A stretch of 64,000 bases of DNA from Candidatus Nanoarchaeia archaeon (GCA_038874075.1 JAVZDD010000003.1:25488-89487); one strand, 5' to 3'. Counted from the first letter of the stretch, positions 50,149 to 59,482 are shown. Notes: generated by a model from the sequence alone, not told the origin. Program-made: numbers and translations.

Positions 50149-50706
50149 TTATTTTTGTATCGGTATTAATATACCAAGTTCGTAGGTCCAAGAACCACTA
50201 CCGGTGGCAAGGAAGACATAGATATCCATGTAATACGCAAATGCTCCTAATCGATGCCCATCATAAAGCAAGTTGTATTTATGCGCTGGTGAATTCATCC
50301 AACCTTCGATTGCTTCTGAAGGTGAGATATAACCCTTACCCAAATTCTCCCCAACATCGGTATAAATACCATAAGAATCAGCGATTTCATTCACTGTTTT
50401 TCCTTCAGGAGTGATGTGTGAATAGTAACCCCTATCATACATATCCTTAGCCCTGTATTTTGCCAATTCATACAACCTATCATCCCATACCAACTTACTC
50501 TTCCCATTTTCATATCTAATTTCATTTATTTTATCAAATGCCTTTTTTGATTCATTGAGCGCATATCTATCATACTTTTCTTGTATGCTTTTCAATGTTT
50601 CTTCGAAAATCTGTTTTACGAATGGATTTTCATTCGAATAGAGAAAGTATAGGATTCCAAATATTAAAATTAGTAGAACAAATATTTTAAAAAAGCCACG
50701 AGCCAT
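50149..50706 (-). CDS. Secreted or anchored CAP/SCP (PR-1-like, COG2340) domain protein
   Basis: N-terminal TM, then INEIRYENGKSKLVWDDRLYELAKYRAKDM...YYSHITPEG...GENLG...WMNSPAHKYNLL. Confidence 0.75.
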   Translation of the reverse strand: MARGFFKIFVLLILIFGILYFLYSNENPFVKQIFEETLKSIQEKYDRYALNESKKAFDKINEIRYENGKSKLVWDDRLYELAKYRAKDMYDRGYYSHITPEGKTVNEIADSYGIYTDVGENLGKGYISPSEAIEGWMNSPAHKYNLLYDGHRLGAFAYYMDIYVFLATGSGSWTYELGILIPIQK

Positions 50707-50818
50707 TTTAATGAAAAGTAAAAACTTTTATAAAAATGTATCCAATTAAACAAATAAAATTTTGTATTTTTAACACTATAAAAAATTAGTTAAATACAAA
50801 GGTAGTTAATTTATAATT

Positions 50819-51136
50819 ATGTTGGAGATTGAAATTCTGACGAGAATTGTGTTCTTTTTTCTCGTACTCGTACTTTTCATTTCACTCGTTATTTATAGAT
50901 GCGCATTCCTAATGGAACCATTAGATAGAAAACAAAGGCTTCTCGCCAGGATTCAGCAATTAAGAAAGGAGATAAGAACATTTAAAAACTTGAAAATAGA
51001 AACTGAGAAAAAATATTATCAAGGTAAGATAGATGATAAAAGTTTTGAGAACATCATGCGCGAATATGAAGAAGAAATTGTGAGGAGAGAGAATAGGTTA
51101 AGAATACTAACCAAGTTTTATAGAAAAGAAAGATGA
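50819..51136 (+). CDS. Small TM protein that is a free-standing copy of the TM + cytoplasmic tail module of the 1097-aa surface protein
   Basis: LKIETEKKYYQGKIDDKSFENIMREYEEEIVRRENRLRIL aligns with LKIKTEAQYYKGMIDEKSFENMMRKYQEDIVERENKIRIL at the C-terminus of ORF 40397. Confidence 0.7.
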   Translation: MLEIEILTRIVFFFLVLVLFISLVIYRCAFLMEPLDRKQRLLARIQQLRKEIRTFKNLKIETEKKYYQGKIDDKSFENIMREYEEEIVRRENRLRILTKFYRKER

Positions 51137-51426
51137 AAGAAGAATTAGAAGACACATTTGAAACTTCGAAAGTATTCTTATATATACTTACCCCTTTGCT
51201 CACAAGTATGTCTTCTTTGTATTTTGGAATGTTATACGGTTTGCCAGGTTTCTTAGCTCCACCAGTCATTGTTGGCACGCCAATGGTTTATTATTTACGT
51301 AAGAGAGAAAAACAGAGCCTGGAAGCAATGCTCAAACCCACAAAAATAAGAGACCTCGAAGAGGTTGTGAAGGAATTTCAAGAACTTCTTGATAAACAAA
51401 ATAATGATGAGAGATCTAAGAAGTAA
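51133..51426 (+). CDS. Hypothetical small membrane protein (97 aa), ATGA-coupled to ORF 50819
   Basis: ORF track. Two hydrophobic segments. 4-nt overlap with the upstream gene. Confidence 0.5.
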   Translation: MKEELEDTFETSKVFLYILTPLLTSMSSLYFGMLYGLPGFLAPPVIVGTPMVYYLRKREKQSLEAMLKPTKIRDLEEVVKEFQELLDKQNNDERSKK

Positions 51427-51430
51427 TTAT

Positions 51431-51808
51431 TTATTTTTTCACAAGTTCTTCCAGACCATAATCTTCTATTAGATGTCTTTCAGCTTCTTTTTCAAGCTTA
51501 TAACGATAAGCTACAAGCGTAGCGGGTATTGCACTTACCATTCCAACACTAGCTAGGATACTGTATGGGTATGTTATATAAGTATGAGTATTATAAGCCA
51601 AAGCAAACATCTGCCACTCTCCCAGGATTATTGTACAAATTCCAACAGGAATAAGTACAACATTTTTTACATATGCCCACGGAGAATCAAATTTTCGTGC
51701 GATCTTTATCTTCATTAATTCCCATTTGCTTCTCTTTTTATTTTTCTCCTTCTCTAGAAATTCAATATAATCTTCCACTCTTTTTACAGGCTCTTTCCAA
51801 TCACGCAT
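51431..51808 (-). CDS. Hypothetical membrane protein (125 aa)
   Basis: ORF track. Two TM segments flanked by K/E-rich regions. Confidence 0.55.
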   Translation of the reverse strand: MRDWKEPVKRVEDYIEFLEKEKNKKRSKWELMKIKIARKFDSPWAYVKNVVLIPVGICTIILGEWQMFALAYNTHTYITYPYSILASVGMVSAIPATLVAYRYKLEKEAERHLIEDYGLEELVKK

Positions 51809-51858
51809 TATTATTTTATTCTTTTCATAAATTTTTAAATGTTAATATTCAAAAAATT

Positions 51859-51933
51859 TGCCCCGGCCGGGATTTGAACCCGGGTCTCCGGCTCGAAAGG
51901 CCGGAATCCTTGACCGGACTAGACTATCGGGGC
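51859..51933 (-). tRNA. tRNA-Glu (UUC)
   Basis: Reverse complement is GCCCCGATAGTCTAGTCCGGTCAAGGATTCCGGCCTTTCGAGCCGGAGACCCGGGTTCAAATCCCGGCCGGGGCA. Anticodon arm is CCGGC-CTTTCGA-GCCGG. Confidence 0.9.
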
Positions 51934-51968
51934 ATAATAAAACCTATTTCTTCAGACAATAAATAAAT

Positions 51969-52466
51969 TTATGCTTTATGATAAGAACCCTTCTTAATTA
52001 ATTTACCTTCTCTATCTATTTCATTTTTTCTTATTCTTGTAGAACAAAGTAACCCATTATCTTCAGCAAGCACCATATCAACTACAATTAAATCAAGTTC
52101 TTTTAATCCCCTCTTTTTTCTGATTTCATTTATTTCCTTTCCACTTTCTAGTGTTAATTGGCTCACAACAAGTGCCTCAAGCTCGGGATCACTCGTTGTT
52201 ATACTATATTTATCATAAAGTGGTATGATCTTGAATTTTTTATTTGGGTTTAATTTTCTTATGTACTCAAGTAAGTTATCAACACGTTTCTCATATGGTT
52301 CTATTATTTCCTTAAGTTCTTTTTGCTTCAGTAGCTCTTCACTTGCAACAACACCAATGTAAATATTTTCACCAATTTCAAATGTTTTTTTTAATATCAC
52401 ATCATGTCCCTTGTGTAATCTATCCCAAGTTCCACCAACAGCTACTTTTTTGTAAAGCTTAGACAT
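51969..52466 (-). CDS. Cytidylyltransferase-family protein, probably archaeal phosphopantetheine adenylyltransferase (COG1019)
   Basis: VAVGGTWDRLHKGHDVILKK matches the GGTFD.LH.GH nucleotidyltransferase motif. The 165-aa size fits. Confidence 0.7.
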   Translation of the reverse strand: MSKLYKKVAVGGTWDRLHKGHDVILKKTFEIGENIYIGVVASEELLKQKELKEIIEPYEKRVDNLLEYIRKLNPNKKFKIIPLYDKYSITTSDPELEALVVSQLTLESGKEINEIRKKRGLKELDLIVVDMVLAEDNGLLCSTRIRKNEIDREGKLIKKGSYHKA

Positions 52467-52531
52467 TTTTACTACAATTAAATGACAAATTTTTCATACT
52501 TATAAATGTTGGGTAGAAATAAATTAATAAA

Positions 52532-52628
52532 TGGGCCTGGGGAGATTTGAACTCCCGACCCTCGGTTTTCCTATGTGCGAAGCATCGCCTTATAAGACCG
52601 ATGCTCCACCAGGCTAAGCTACAGGCCC
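52532..52628 (-). tRNA. tRNA-Ile (UAU) with a 23-nt intron at the canonical 37/38 position (intron 52568-52590)
   Basis: Reverse complement is GGGCCTGTAGCTTAGCCTGGTGGAGCATCGGTCTTATA[AGGCGATGCTTCGCACATAGGAA]AACCGAGGGTCGGGAGTTCAAATCTCCCCAGGCCCA. Anticodon stem is TCGGT/ACCGA and the loop is CTTATAA once the intron is removed. Intron ATAGG can pair with CTTAT. Confidence 0.75.
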
Positions 52629-52680
52629 ATGATTAAGTGTTACTAATCTTATTCTAAATATTAACTTTCTTATAAATTTT

Positions 52681-53091
52681 TTATCTGTACTTTAACATAA
52701 AGAAAAGTGCACCAAGAATTATAATGCTTATTACCAATGGTCCCAAATATTCTATTAACCTTAAAAACCATATTTGTTCGGAATAGCTAGCACCTATCAT
52801 AATCAAGAATACTTGGCTTGTGAGCGTGTAATACAAAATCAAGCCCAGTAATGCAAGCATGAAGCTTGATACTATATTTGCACCGAAGATGAAGATGCAC
52901 ACGCACACAATAATTCCGAAGAGAAAGACAGGTCCAAGATAATCAATGAAATTTAGTGTCTGTCTTTGTGTTTGGTAAGGAACACCGACCAATTCAAAAA
53001 ATTTTGGATTTGTTAGTTTGCTATATGCGATTAGCGCTACAAACAATATAAAGAAGCCGACAATCGCCCTTCTAAAATCAATTTCAACCAT
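52681..53091 (-). CDS. Hypothetical polytopic membrane protein (136 aa)
   Basis: ORF track. Four hydrophobic segments. Confidence 0.55.
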   Translation of the reverse strand: MVEIDFRRAIVGFFILFVALIAYSKLTNPKFFELVGVPYQTQRQTLNFIDYLGPVFLFGIIVCVCIFIFGANIVSSFMLALLGLILYYTLTSQVFLIMIGASYSEQIWFLRLIEYLGPLVISIIILGALFFMLKYR

Positions 53092-53173
53092 ATTGTTTTA
53101 TAGTTTTTTCTGTTTTAAAAAATTTGTTATTTTTTATAAGCATTCAATCGAGATTTTTACTAAATTTAATAGA

Positions 53174-53491
53174 TTATATAATGATGATTCCAATTAGAAT
53201 CAAAACTATTCCAATTAATTTGTAAATGTTTAACGTTTCGGATAATATAATTATCCCCAAAATAACAGAAGTAAGTGTTATTGTTCCAGTAAGTAACGTA
53301 ATTGAGGCTGAAAGTTTTTCACTAAAGAGCTCTTTTTGGAAAATTAAGAATGCAGCGATGTTGATGATTGCAAATGGGATGAAATAAAGCCAAAATGAGA
53401 GAGAAAAAAGTGGATTATTTAAACAAAGTTTTAGGATTATCGGTGATATTCCGAGTAAAATACCAGCAAATATGATCTTCTTATAAGCCAA
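53174..53491 (-). CDS. Small DMT-superfamily (EamA/SMR-like) membrane protein, second half of a pair
   Basis: ORF track. Hydrophobic 105-aa protein ending LIGIVLILIGIIII. 11-nt overlap with ORF 53481. Confidence 0.55.
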   Translation of the reverse strand: MAYKKIIFAGILLGISPIILKLCLNNPLFSLSFWLYFIPFAIINIAAFLIFQKELFSEKLSASITLLTGTITLTSVILGIIILSETLNIYKLIGIVLILIGIIII

Positions 53492-53822
53492 TTATTAACA
53501 CCCCAACTATGAGTATTATAATTCCAATAAGTTCTTTTTTTGTCATCTCCTCCTTCAAAAAAACCTTTCCAAACACAACAGGGAAGATCAATGAAAGATT
53601 TAGAATTGGTTGGAGCAGTGTAATTTCGATTTTTTTCACTGCATATACGTACAACAATGCACCAACAGCACCAAAAAATATACCAATCAACCACTTCTTT
53701 GATTTTAACATTCCAGTGATTGAGAATTTCTCTATCTCCTTCAATCCAAATTTTTGAAAAAATGCACAAAGTCCAAATAAAAATGCAATTGCTAGTCCAA
53801 TTGATACATCTAAGAGCTTCAT
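53481..53822 (-). CDS. Small DMT-superfamily (EamA/SMR-like) membrane protein, first half of a pair
   Basis: ORF track. 113 aa. The ending (KEEMTKKELIGIIILIVGVLIIGL) is typical of an EamA repeat. Confidence 0.55.
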   Translation of the reverse strand: MKLLDVSIGLAIAFLFGLCAFFQKFGLKEIEKFSITGMLKSKKWLIGIFFGAVGALLYVYAVKKIEITLLQPILNLSLIFPVVFGKVFLKEEMTKKELIGIIILIVGVLIIGL

Positions 53823-54140
53823 TTATCCTGCCTGTTCACAACACTGGCAAATATAACCCCTTCTAAATCTTTTGTCGCTTTCTATTAAACTTGGAAGTAA
53901 GTCCTCATCTTCCTTTGTCATTTCTTGTGATCTTACTGATTGCATCTGTTCGTACGGTATCTTTACATATACACTATTCGGCACAATGATGGGAAAGGAC
54001 TCCTTTTCCAAGATTTCATGTCCACTTTTTGGAATTTTGTTTGGATCAATTGCAAGCACAAGTGCTCCATCCACATTTCCTATTAGTATTCCCTCTAATT
54101 TTTCTCCATTTTTCAGTTTAACACTCAAACTTGTGACCAT
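53823..54140 (-). CDS. Hypothetical protein (105 aa), possibly an Sm-like beta-barrel N-terminus with a C-terminal CQCC motif
   Basis: ORF track. VKLKNGEKLEGILIGNVDGALVLAI. It abuts ORF 53481 with no gap. Confidence 0.5.
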   Translation of the reverse strand: MVTSLSVKLKNGEKLEGILIGNVDGALVLAIDPNKIPKSGHEILEKESFPIIVPNSVYVKIPYEQMQSVRSQEMTKEDEDLLPSLIESDKRFRRGYICQCCEQAG

Positions 54141-54220
54141 AATCTTCCATATAAAACTCTAAAATTTAAATCTTAGTATTTCCAGAAAATCTAATAAACA
54201 TGAAATAATAATAGAAGAAT

Positions 54221-54457
54221 ATGAGGAAAGGTATTTTTCCTTTTCACATTGAAATAAAAAGACTGCTTTTATGTTTCGTAATTGCATTTTTGATCATTGA
54301 ATTTATTATCGGCTTAGTGTTCCTTCTCTATTTTTCACTTTGGTCAGCATTGATGCCTGAAATTTCGATGGAAACAAGAATAGTTACTGCAAGTTTGGAT
54401 GCATATGCAGTCACATTTCTTACTGCTTGGCTTTATTTAAACGTGATAAAAAAATGA
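54221..54457 (+). CDS. Hypothetical small membrane protein (78 aa)
   Basis: ORF track. Two TM segments. Confidence 0.45.
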   Translation: MRKGIFPFHIEIKRLLLCFVIAFLIIEFIIGLVFLLYFSLWSALMPEISMETRIVTASLDAYAVTFLTAWLYLNVIKK

Positions 54458-54603
54458 AACAGAAAAAGGAGACTCGAGAAGAAATATTAAGGGAAGAGGA
54501 AGGAGAAAAACTCACAATTTTTTTTGTGACACTTATCATTGTATTAATTTTATTGTCACTTATAATTCTACTTTACTTGTATGTGTCTGGAGGAATAATC
54601 TAA
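54454..54603 (+). CDS. Hypothetical 49-aa tail-anchored peptide, ATGA-coupled to ORF 54221 (not in the ORF track)
   Basis: Hand translation: MKQKKETREEILREEEGEKLTIFFVTLIIVLILLSLIILLYLYVSGGII. Confidence 0.35.
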   Translation: MKQKKETREEILREEEGEKLTIFFVTLIIVLILLSLIILLYLYVSGGII

Positions 54604-54604
54604 C

Positions 54605-54678
54605 CGCCCAGGGCCGGACTTGAACCGGCGACCGTTCGGTTAACAGCCGAACGCTCTACCTGACTGAGCTACCTGGGC
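54605..54678 (-). tRNA. tRNA-Asn (GUU)
   Basis: Reverse complement is GCCCAGGTAGCTCAGTCAGGTAGAGCGTTCGGCTGTTAACCGAACGGTCGCCGGTTCAAGTCCGGCCCTGGGCG. Anticodon arm is TTCGG-CTGTTAA-CCGAA. Confidence 0.9.
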
Positions 54679-54716
54679 TTCTTTTATAAATATCCAACCT
54701 TTTTTAAAATATTTTT

Positions 54717-55796
54717 CTACAGGATAAAATCCTTGTTCTTTATCTTTGTTGGCAAATATTCCTCTGAAATGAATTTTATACCCCTACTGCTCAATGCTTC
54801 TAATTCCAGCTTATAACCAACTTTTAACATGTGATTTATTTCGTCCTGCCATGCCTTCGATTTGAACCAAGGATATTCCAAAAGTTCTTTTGCCCTTTTG
54901 ATATCCATTTCGTTCAATTTGATTGTGACATTCTTTGGTAATTTAAATTTTTCCACATCCTTTGTTGTTAATCCAACAAAAATTGCATCCGGTACACCTA
55001 ACTTTGGAGAAAGATGTGCCAAGTTTATTGAACCTTGTTTGATGACTGAATAAATATAATAACCCCAACCATCAGCATCCGTTAATACATATATTGGTAA
55101 ACCAAATTCATTGTGCAGTCTATAAAGCATCCTTCTTACTCCTCTGGAAGGTTGACCTTCTCCTGTGATCAGAATACAATTATGTTTTTTCCAGAACTTG
55201 TCCTCATTCAAACGACTGAAAACTGCAGCCTTTTCTACAAAAAGTACAAAATCAGCATCTATCTTCTTAAACTTTATCATCTCTTCCTCGACATTACTTG
55301 GTACTCCATAACCACCCGTACCCATCTTCCTTAAATTTATTTCATCACCCGCATCCAGAATTGTACAATTACCCACCATCAATCCTTTTCTTTCAGCATT
55401 TAAGTGCATCTCTTCTCTTAGTACATCCAATGTTACTTCCAAATCTTCGATGATGGGATCGGATTCGCTTTGTTCTTCAAACGTATTCTCCTTTGTGCCT
55501 GGAAGCGTCCTTTTCAATGCATAATATAGATCTCTAATGCTCGTTGTAACTTTTTGCTCTATCAATCCTTTTGTGAATGCTGCTACCAACAATGTTTGCA
55601 TGAATTTACGAGCATGCGCAACATTCAAAAAGAATCTTTTTGCCTTCATACCCTTCAGTTTTATTATACCTGTTTTTTCATCGAATTCAACATTGGCAAG
55701 TGTTCTCACGGGTATTTCAATGTATGGATTTTTTCCCTTTTTCATCTGTTCTAAAACATTTTCACCTATTCCCTTAATCTTCTTCTCTACGCTCAT
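54717..55796 (-). CDS. top6A: DNA topoisomerase VI subunit A (Spo11-like)
   Basis: 359 aa. Toprim DxD region VLTDADGWGYYIY. Located immediately downstream of top6B with a 23-nt overlap. Confidence 0.9.
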   Translation of the reverse strand: MSVEKKIKGIGENVLEQMKKGKNPYIEIPVRTLANVEFDEKTGIIKLKGMKAKRFFLNVAHARKFMQTLLVAAFTKGLIEQKVTTSIRDLYYALKRTLPGTKENTFEEQSESDPIIEDLEVTLDVLREEMHLNAERKGLMVGNCTILDAGDEINLRKMGTGGYGVPSNVEEEMIKFKKIDADFVLFVEKAAVFSRLNEDKFWKKHNCILITGEGQPSRGVRRMLYRLHNEFGLPIYVLTDADGWGYYIYSVIKQGSINLAHLSPKLGVPDAIFVGLTTKDVEKFKLPKNVTIKLNEMDIKRAKELLEYPWFKSKAWQDEINHMLKVGYKLELEALSSRGIKFISEEYLPTKIKNKDFIL

Positions 55797-57630
55797 TTTC
55801 CTCGCCTTCTATTTTATTCGTTTCTTTAATCTCCTCCATTTCTACAATATCATTACTTTTTTTTATTAGTTTATCAAGAATCTTCTTTATTTCATCCTTT
55901 TTTTCTCCAGTTAACTCACTTAACGCTTGTGTAACTTCTTCACCATACTTCATGAATGTTAAAATTCTTTCCTTCCTTCGCTGCGCGTAATATCGTTTCG
56001 ATAAATACAATTTCAATTTTCTTGCAATCTCTTGGAGTGCAAGTTTTATCTCTTTTATAATTATTGGATAACTTGCGATTGCACTCTTACCTTCGCTTGT
56101 GTATGGAACCCATACACTTGCAAAATGTACAAGAATTACGATTGGACCAAGCGGTATTCCATTTAATTCTTCAATGTTATAATTTTTCCAATGGACGCTT
56201 TGTATCGCTTTCAAGATTGCGCACGAAGAAGCATCGTATAACAACGGTATTTTGTTTGCAAATCTTAGTATTTCTGCCTTTTCCAATGTAATTTTACCAC
56301 CATATGCGATTGCAGCTTCCACTTGGAATGGCATTCCTCTATAAACATTCGGCTCTCTCGTAAGTGCGCAGACGAATTCTGCACCAGTCTCGTCTTTTAA
56401 GCTTTTCTCAATGTTTTCCTGTCCTATCGGAGACAAGCAGTCTAACGGTGGTCTAGCTAGTTTTACTCGCTGCATTGCCTTTAATAAACTTTCTATTTCG
56501 TGAATTTCAAGTTCTTTTGGATTTTTTTCCTTTATTGCAGCAATCTTAATTATTTGTTTTGCACTACTTGGACCTATCTTGCAGAACTCATTCATAAGAA
56601 AGCCATAGATGCTTCTTGAAGTTGTCTTTTTAATCATTCTTTTCAATATTCCAAGTTCAATCCCGTGGGGATGTGGTTTTATTTCTCTTGGCTCCTTTGG
56701 TATCTCATTTGTTTTACGCTTGAATTCAAAGACATTTCCATCCGGATCTTTAAATTTTATTGATACATATGGATTTATGATCGATGTCTGTTTTAAATAC
56801 TCATAAACTGATCTCTTACCCTTTGAGATGTAAATTCCTTCTATTTCTAGTTCAACTCTTGTACCTCTTTCCTTCTTAAAATTTTCATCGATACTTTCTG
56901 ATATGATTTCTGGTTCATTCTTTACTGTATCAATCATTACCTCAACCACATGCGCTGGTTTATCCGGAGAAATTCTCGATGTTATCCTTGCAGGTTTTCC
57001 AGTTGTAAGTTGTGCATAAAGCACAGCGCTATGAATTCCAATACCTTGTTGACCTCTGCTCTCTTTCAATCGATGAAACTTTGAACCGTATAAAAATTTA
57101 CCAAATGTATATGGTATCTGTTCTTTTACAATGCCAAGACCATTGTCCTCAACGATTAACCTATACTTTTTCGATCTCGTCTTGGTTTGCATTTCTTTAT
57201 TATTCAGAAAAATTTTGAATCTTTCACCATTAAAAATGATTCTCGCTTTTTCATTATCTATTTCAAAATTCAATTCATTCTCTTTTTTATTGACGAGCTT
57301 GAATTTCTTTCCATTCAATACGAGTAAGTGCTCCCTTCCCCTCTTAACATATTCACCAATCACATTTGTATTTTCCATCACATCGAACGTCTCTTCTGTG
57401 TTTTTAACCTCAACATAGATTTCTGGCGGAACGATACTCTTTCCCTTCTTCAGCAAAGCATAGTTCAATTCATCACAAGCATCTAGTGCATTATCAACTG
57501 CCTCCTTCACACAGGTTACTACTGCCTTTGTTTTAAGATCAAATCCGAGTAGATGCCTATTCTTCTCAAAAAACTCAGCCACACTTATTTCTTTATGTTT
57601 TTTTGCCATTTCTTCTGCGATTTCCTTCAT
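55774..57630 (-). CDS. top6B: DNA topoisomerase VI subunit B (GHKL ATPase)
   Basis: Bergerat-fold motifs KEAVDNALDAC and VEDNGLGI, plus GQQGIG. Confidence 0.9.
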   Translation of the reverse strand: MKEIAEEMAKKHKEISVAEFFEKNRHLLGFDLKTKAVVTCVKEAVDNALDACDELNYALLKKGKSIVPPEIYVEVKNTEETFDVMENTNVIGEYVKRGREHLLVLNGKKFKLVNKKENELNFEIDNEKARIIFNGERFKIFLNNKEMQTKTRSKKYRLIVEDNGLGIVKEQIPYTFGKFLYGSKFHRLKESRGQQGIGIHSAVLYAQLTTGKPARITSRISPDKPAHVVEVMIDTVKNEPEIISESIDENFKKERGTRVELEIEGIYISKGKRSVYEYLKQTSIINPYVSIKFKDPDGNVFEFKRKTNEIPKEPREIKPHPHGIELGILKRMIKKTTSRSIYGFLMNEFCKIGPSSAKQIIKIAAIKEKNPKELEIHEIESLLKAMQRVKLARPPLDCLSPIGQENIEKSLKDETGAEFVCALTREPNVYRGMPFQVEAAIAYGGKITLEKAEILRFANKIPLLYDASSCAILKAIQSVHWKNYNIEELNGIPLGPIVILVHFASVWVPYTSEGKSAIASYPIIIKEIKLALQEIARKLKLYLSKRYYAQRRKERILTFMKYGEEVTQALSELTGEKKDEIKKILDKLIKKSNDIVEMEEIKETNKIEGEENERREED

Positions 57631-58157
57631 AACAGCACCATCTCCTTTAATCTCCTTCTTTCCCTTTCCAACATTCGATACACAGTTGCATGTCTTGCAC
57701 CTTCCAAGAGCATGATAATTGCTCTTCTTGCAATTTCAATATTTTCAATTTTTCCTATCAGTGCTACACTTTTACCATATACACTTATATAAGTTTCGGA
57801 TAGCTCTTCGATGAGTTTTCTTGCTTTGCCTTCCTTTCCAATTATTCTCCCCTTTAATCGCACAAGTGCATTCTTTGATTTCCCAGCATACTCAGTCAGA
57901 TCTATTATCTCAATTATATTCTCTTCATTTAATAAACGAAAAGCCTTCTCAGGTGAGAAACCTCTTGCGATCGCTCTTATCAGGTCTCTCACGATCCAGA
58001 CCATAACCGAATCATCACCTTCAATTGATACGCCTTCTTCGCTTATTTTTATTTTTGTGTTTGTTTCTTCCTCTATCTTCTTTTTTACTTCTCCTCCCTT
58101 TCCAATTATCACATTGATCCTTTCCTTTGGTACTTTTACAATCTGGGTAAATTTCAT
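57627..58157 (-). CDS. KH-domain RNA-binding protein (Dim2/Pno1-like, two KH domains)
   Basis: IIGKGGEVKKKIEE and GRIIGKEGKARKLIEE. It sits in the conserved archaeal neighbourhood with the RIO kinase and aIF1A. Confidence 0.8.
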   Translation of the reverse strand: MKFTQIVKVPKERINVIIGKGGEVKKKIEEETNTKIKISEEGVSIEGDDSVMVWIVRDLIRAIARGFSPEKAFRLLNEENIIEIIDLTEYAGKSKNALVRLKGRIIGKEGKARKLIEELSETYISVYGKSVALIGKIENIEIARRAIIMLLEGARHATVYRMLERERRRLKEMVLL

Positions 58158-58160
58158 TTT

Positions 58161-58865
58161 TTATTCACTGGTTACATCTTCATATATTTCTTTTTCACTT
58201 CTAACTTTTACACCAAGTTTCCTAAACCATGAATTTACCCTGTTAATGTCCCTTAAGAGCAATTCATTTGCTAGATAATGATCTCTTGGCACACCTTGTG
58301 AAAAATCAATGAGTACTGGTTTATCTCGCTGATTTAATATATTGTATTCACTAATATCTCCATGAATTAAATCTTTTTTATACATTCTTTTTATGTAATC
58401 AATGATAATCCCATACCATTTTTCTGGATTTCTCGGTTTTGCAACCTTTGCATATTGACACGGGTTTCCATTTTCACCGATGAATTCCATTACTAGTACA
58501 TTATTAACAACGAATATAGGTTCAGGCGCTCTTACTCCAGCTTCCACAGCAATACTAAGGTTCTTAAATTCCTTTCTTGAAAAGGCATAAACAATGTCCC
58601 TTCTTTTCATTTTCACATTATCAAACCTTTTATCACCTTTTATGTATTTCCACATTGACTTAAATTCAGATGTGTCAGTTCTGAAAATTTTTACTGCGAA
58701 AATTTTTTCGTTCTTTCTAGCTTTATACACATTCGCTTCCTTACCGGTTGATATTACGCCTTCCAAAACATCAAAATATCCCTTGTTAACTGCCTTATAC
58801 AAACTCATCAGTGTTGATTCATCAAATACCTCCTTATATATCTTAAATCGCTCAGAAATACGCAT
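58161..58865 (-). CDS. rio1: RIO-type serine/threonine protein kinase (Rio1-like, no N-terminal wHTH)
   Basis: ISTGKEANVYKA, LIHGDISEYNIL, VLIDFSQGV. Confidence 0.85.
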   Translation of the reverse strand: MRISERFKIYKEVFDESTLMSLYKAVNKGYFDVLEGVISTGKEANVYKARKNEKIFAVKIFRTDTSEFKSMWKYIKGDKRFDNVKMKRRDIVYAFSRKEFKNLSIAVEAGVRAPEPIFVVNNVLVMEFIGENGNPCQYAKVAKPRNPEKWYGIIIDYIKRMYKKDLIHGDISEYNILNQRDKPVLIDFSQGVPRDHYLANELLLRDINRVNSWFRKLGVKVRSEKEIYEDVTSE

Positions 58866-58866
58866 T

Positions 58867-59172
58867 TTATATCAGGTCTTTTTGTAGTGTTTTGAAAAAA
58901 CCTTTTCTCAATAAAAAAGAGACTTCACTCTTTGTGTATCTAAATATAATGTCACCCCTAGTATCTCCTTGTACTTCCCATGGTTCTACGAGTACCACAT
59001 CTCCTTCTTTTATCCACACTTTTCTCACAAGTCTACCAGGAATTCTACAAAGCCTTATTTTGCCATCATCACATCTGACATACATCTTACAAAAACCAAG
59101 AAGTTGCTCCACAATACCCAAAACCTCATTCCCCCTTGGTGTCCTAACCTTCTCTTCCATTTTTTCACTCAA
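58867..59172 (-). CDS. eif1A: Translation initiation factor aIF-1A
   Basis: S1-like OB pattern: [48 protein letters not shown]. Confidence 0.85.
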   Translation of the reverse strand: MSEKMEEKVRTPRGNEVLGIVEQLLGFCKMYVRCDDGKIRLCRIPGRLVRKVWIKEGDVVLVEPWEVQGDTRGDIIFRYTKSEVSFLLRKGFFKTLQKDLI

Positions 59173-59482
59173 TTATTGAAACAAGCTGTGCGTGTGGAAT
59201 GTCTTTTATTTTTATTACATTTTCTTCCTTTATAATACCAGCTTTTATTGCAAGATCAATAGCCCTTTTTCCCACGATATTTGCGATCGTTGCTTTTCTT
59301 AACTCTTCTATTGCCTTCTTTTTGCTAATTATTTTTCCTTTGTAAAATCTCGGATTCACAAATAACCTCAAGTTTCCATCACTAAATTTTTTACCAATGA
59401 GTTCTTTATCGCAGAGAGCGACGATATACTCTTCAATGTCATACTGTATAATTCTATATGTTTTAATGTAAATTCCACTCAT
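59165..59482 (-). CDS. DUF424-family protein (COG2412-like)
   Basis: I moved the start to Met15 (MSGIYIK), whose ATG overlaps the TGA of aIF2beta (tcat at 59479-59482). [26 protein letters not shown]...[10 protein letters not shown]...IPHAQ resembles the DUF424 pattern as I recall it. Confidence 0.6.
   Translation of the reverse strand: MSGIYIKTYRIIQYDIEEYIVALCDKELIGKKFSDGNLRLFVNPRFYKGKIISKKKAIEELRKATIANIVGKRAIDLAIKAGIIKEENVIKIKDIPHAQLVSIIE

Noticed and set aside
53437-53769. 110-aa minus-strand ORF overlapping both small DMT-like genes in another frame
   Set aside because: Its Cys/Trp-rich, non-hydrophobic translation contrasts with the two clean membrane-protein frames that tile the region.
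57811-59235. Plus-strand ORFs 57811-58278, 57821-58006, 58594-58887, 58892-59179 and 58969-59235
   Set aside because: They are antisense to the KH, RIO kinase and aIF1A genes. They are shadow ORFs.
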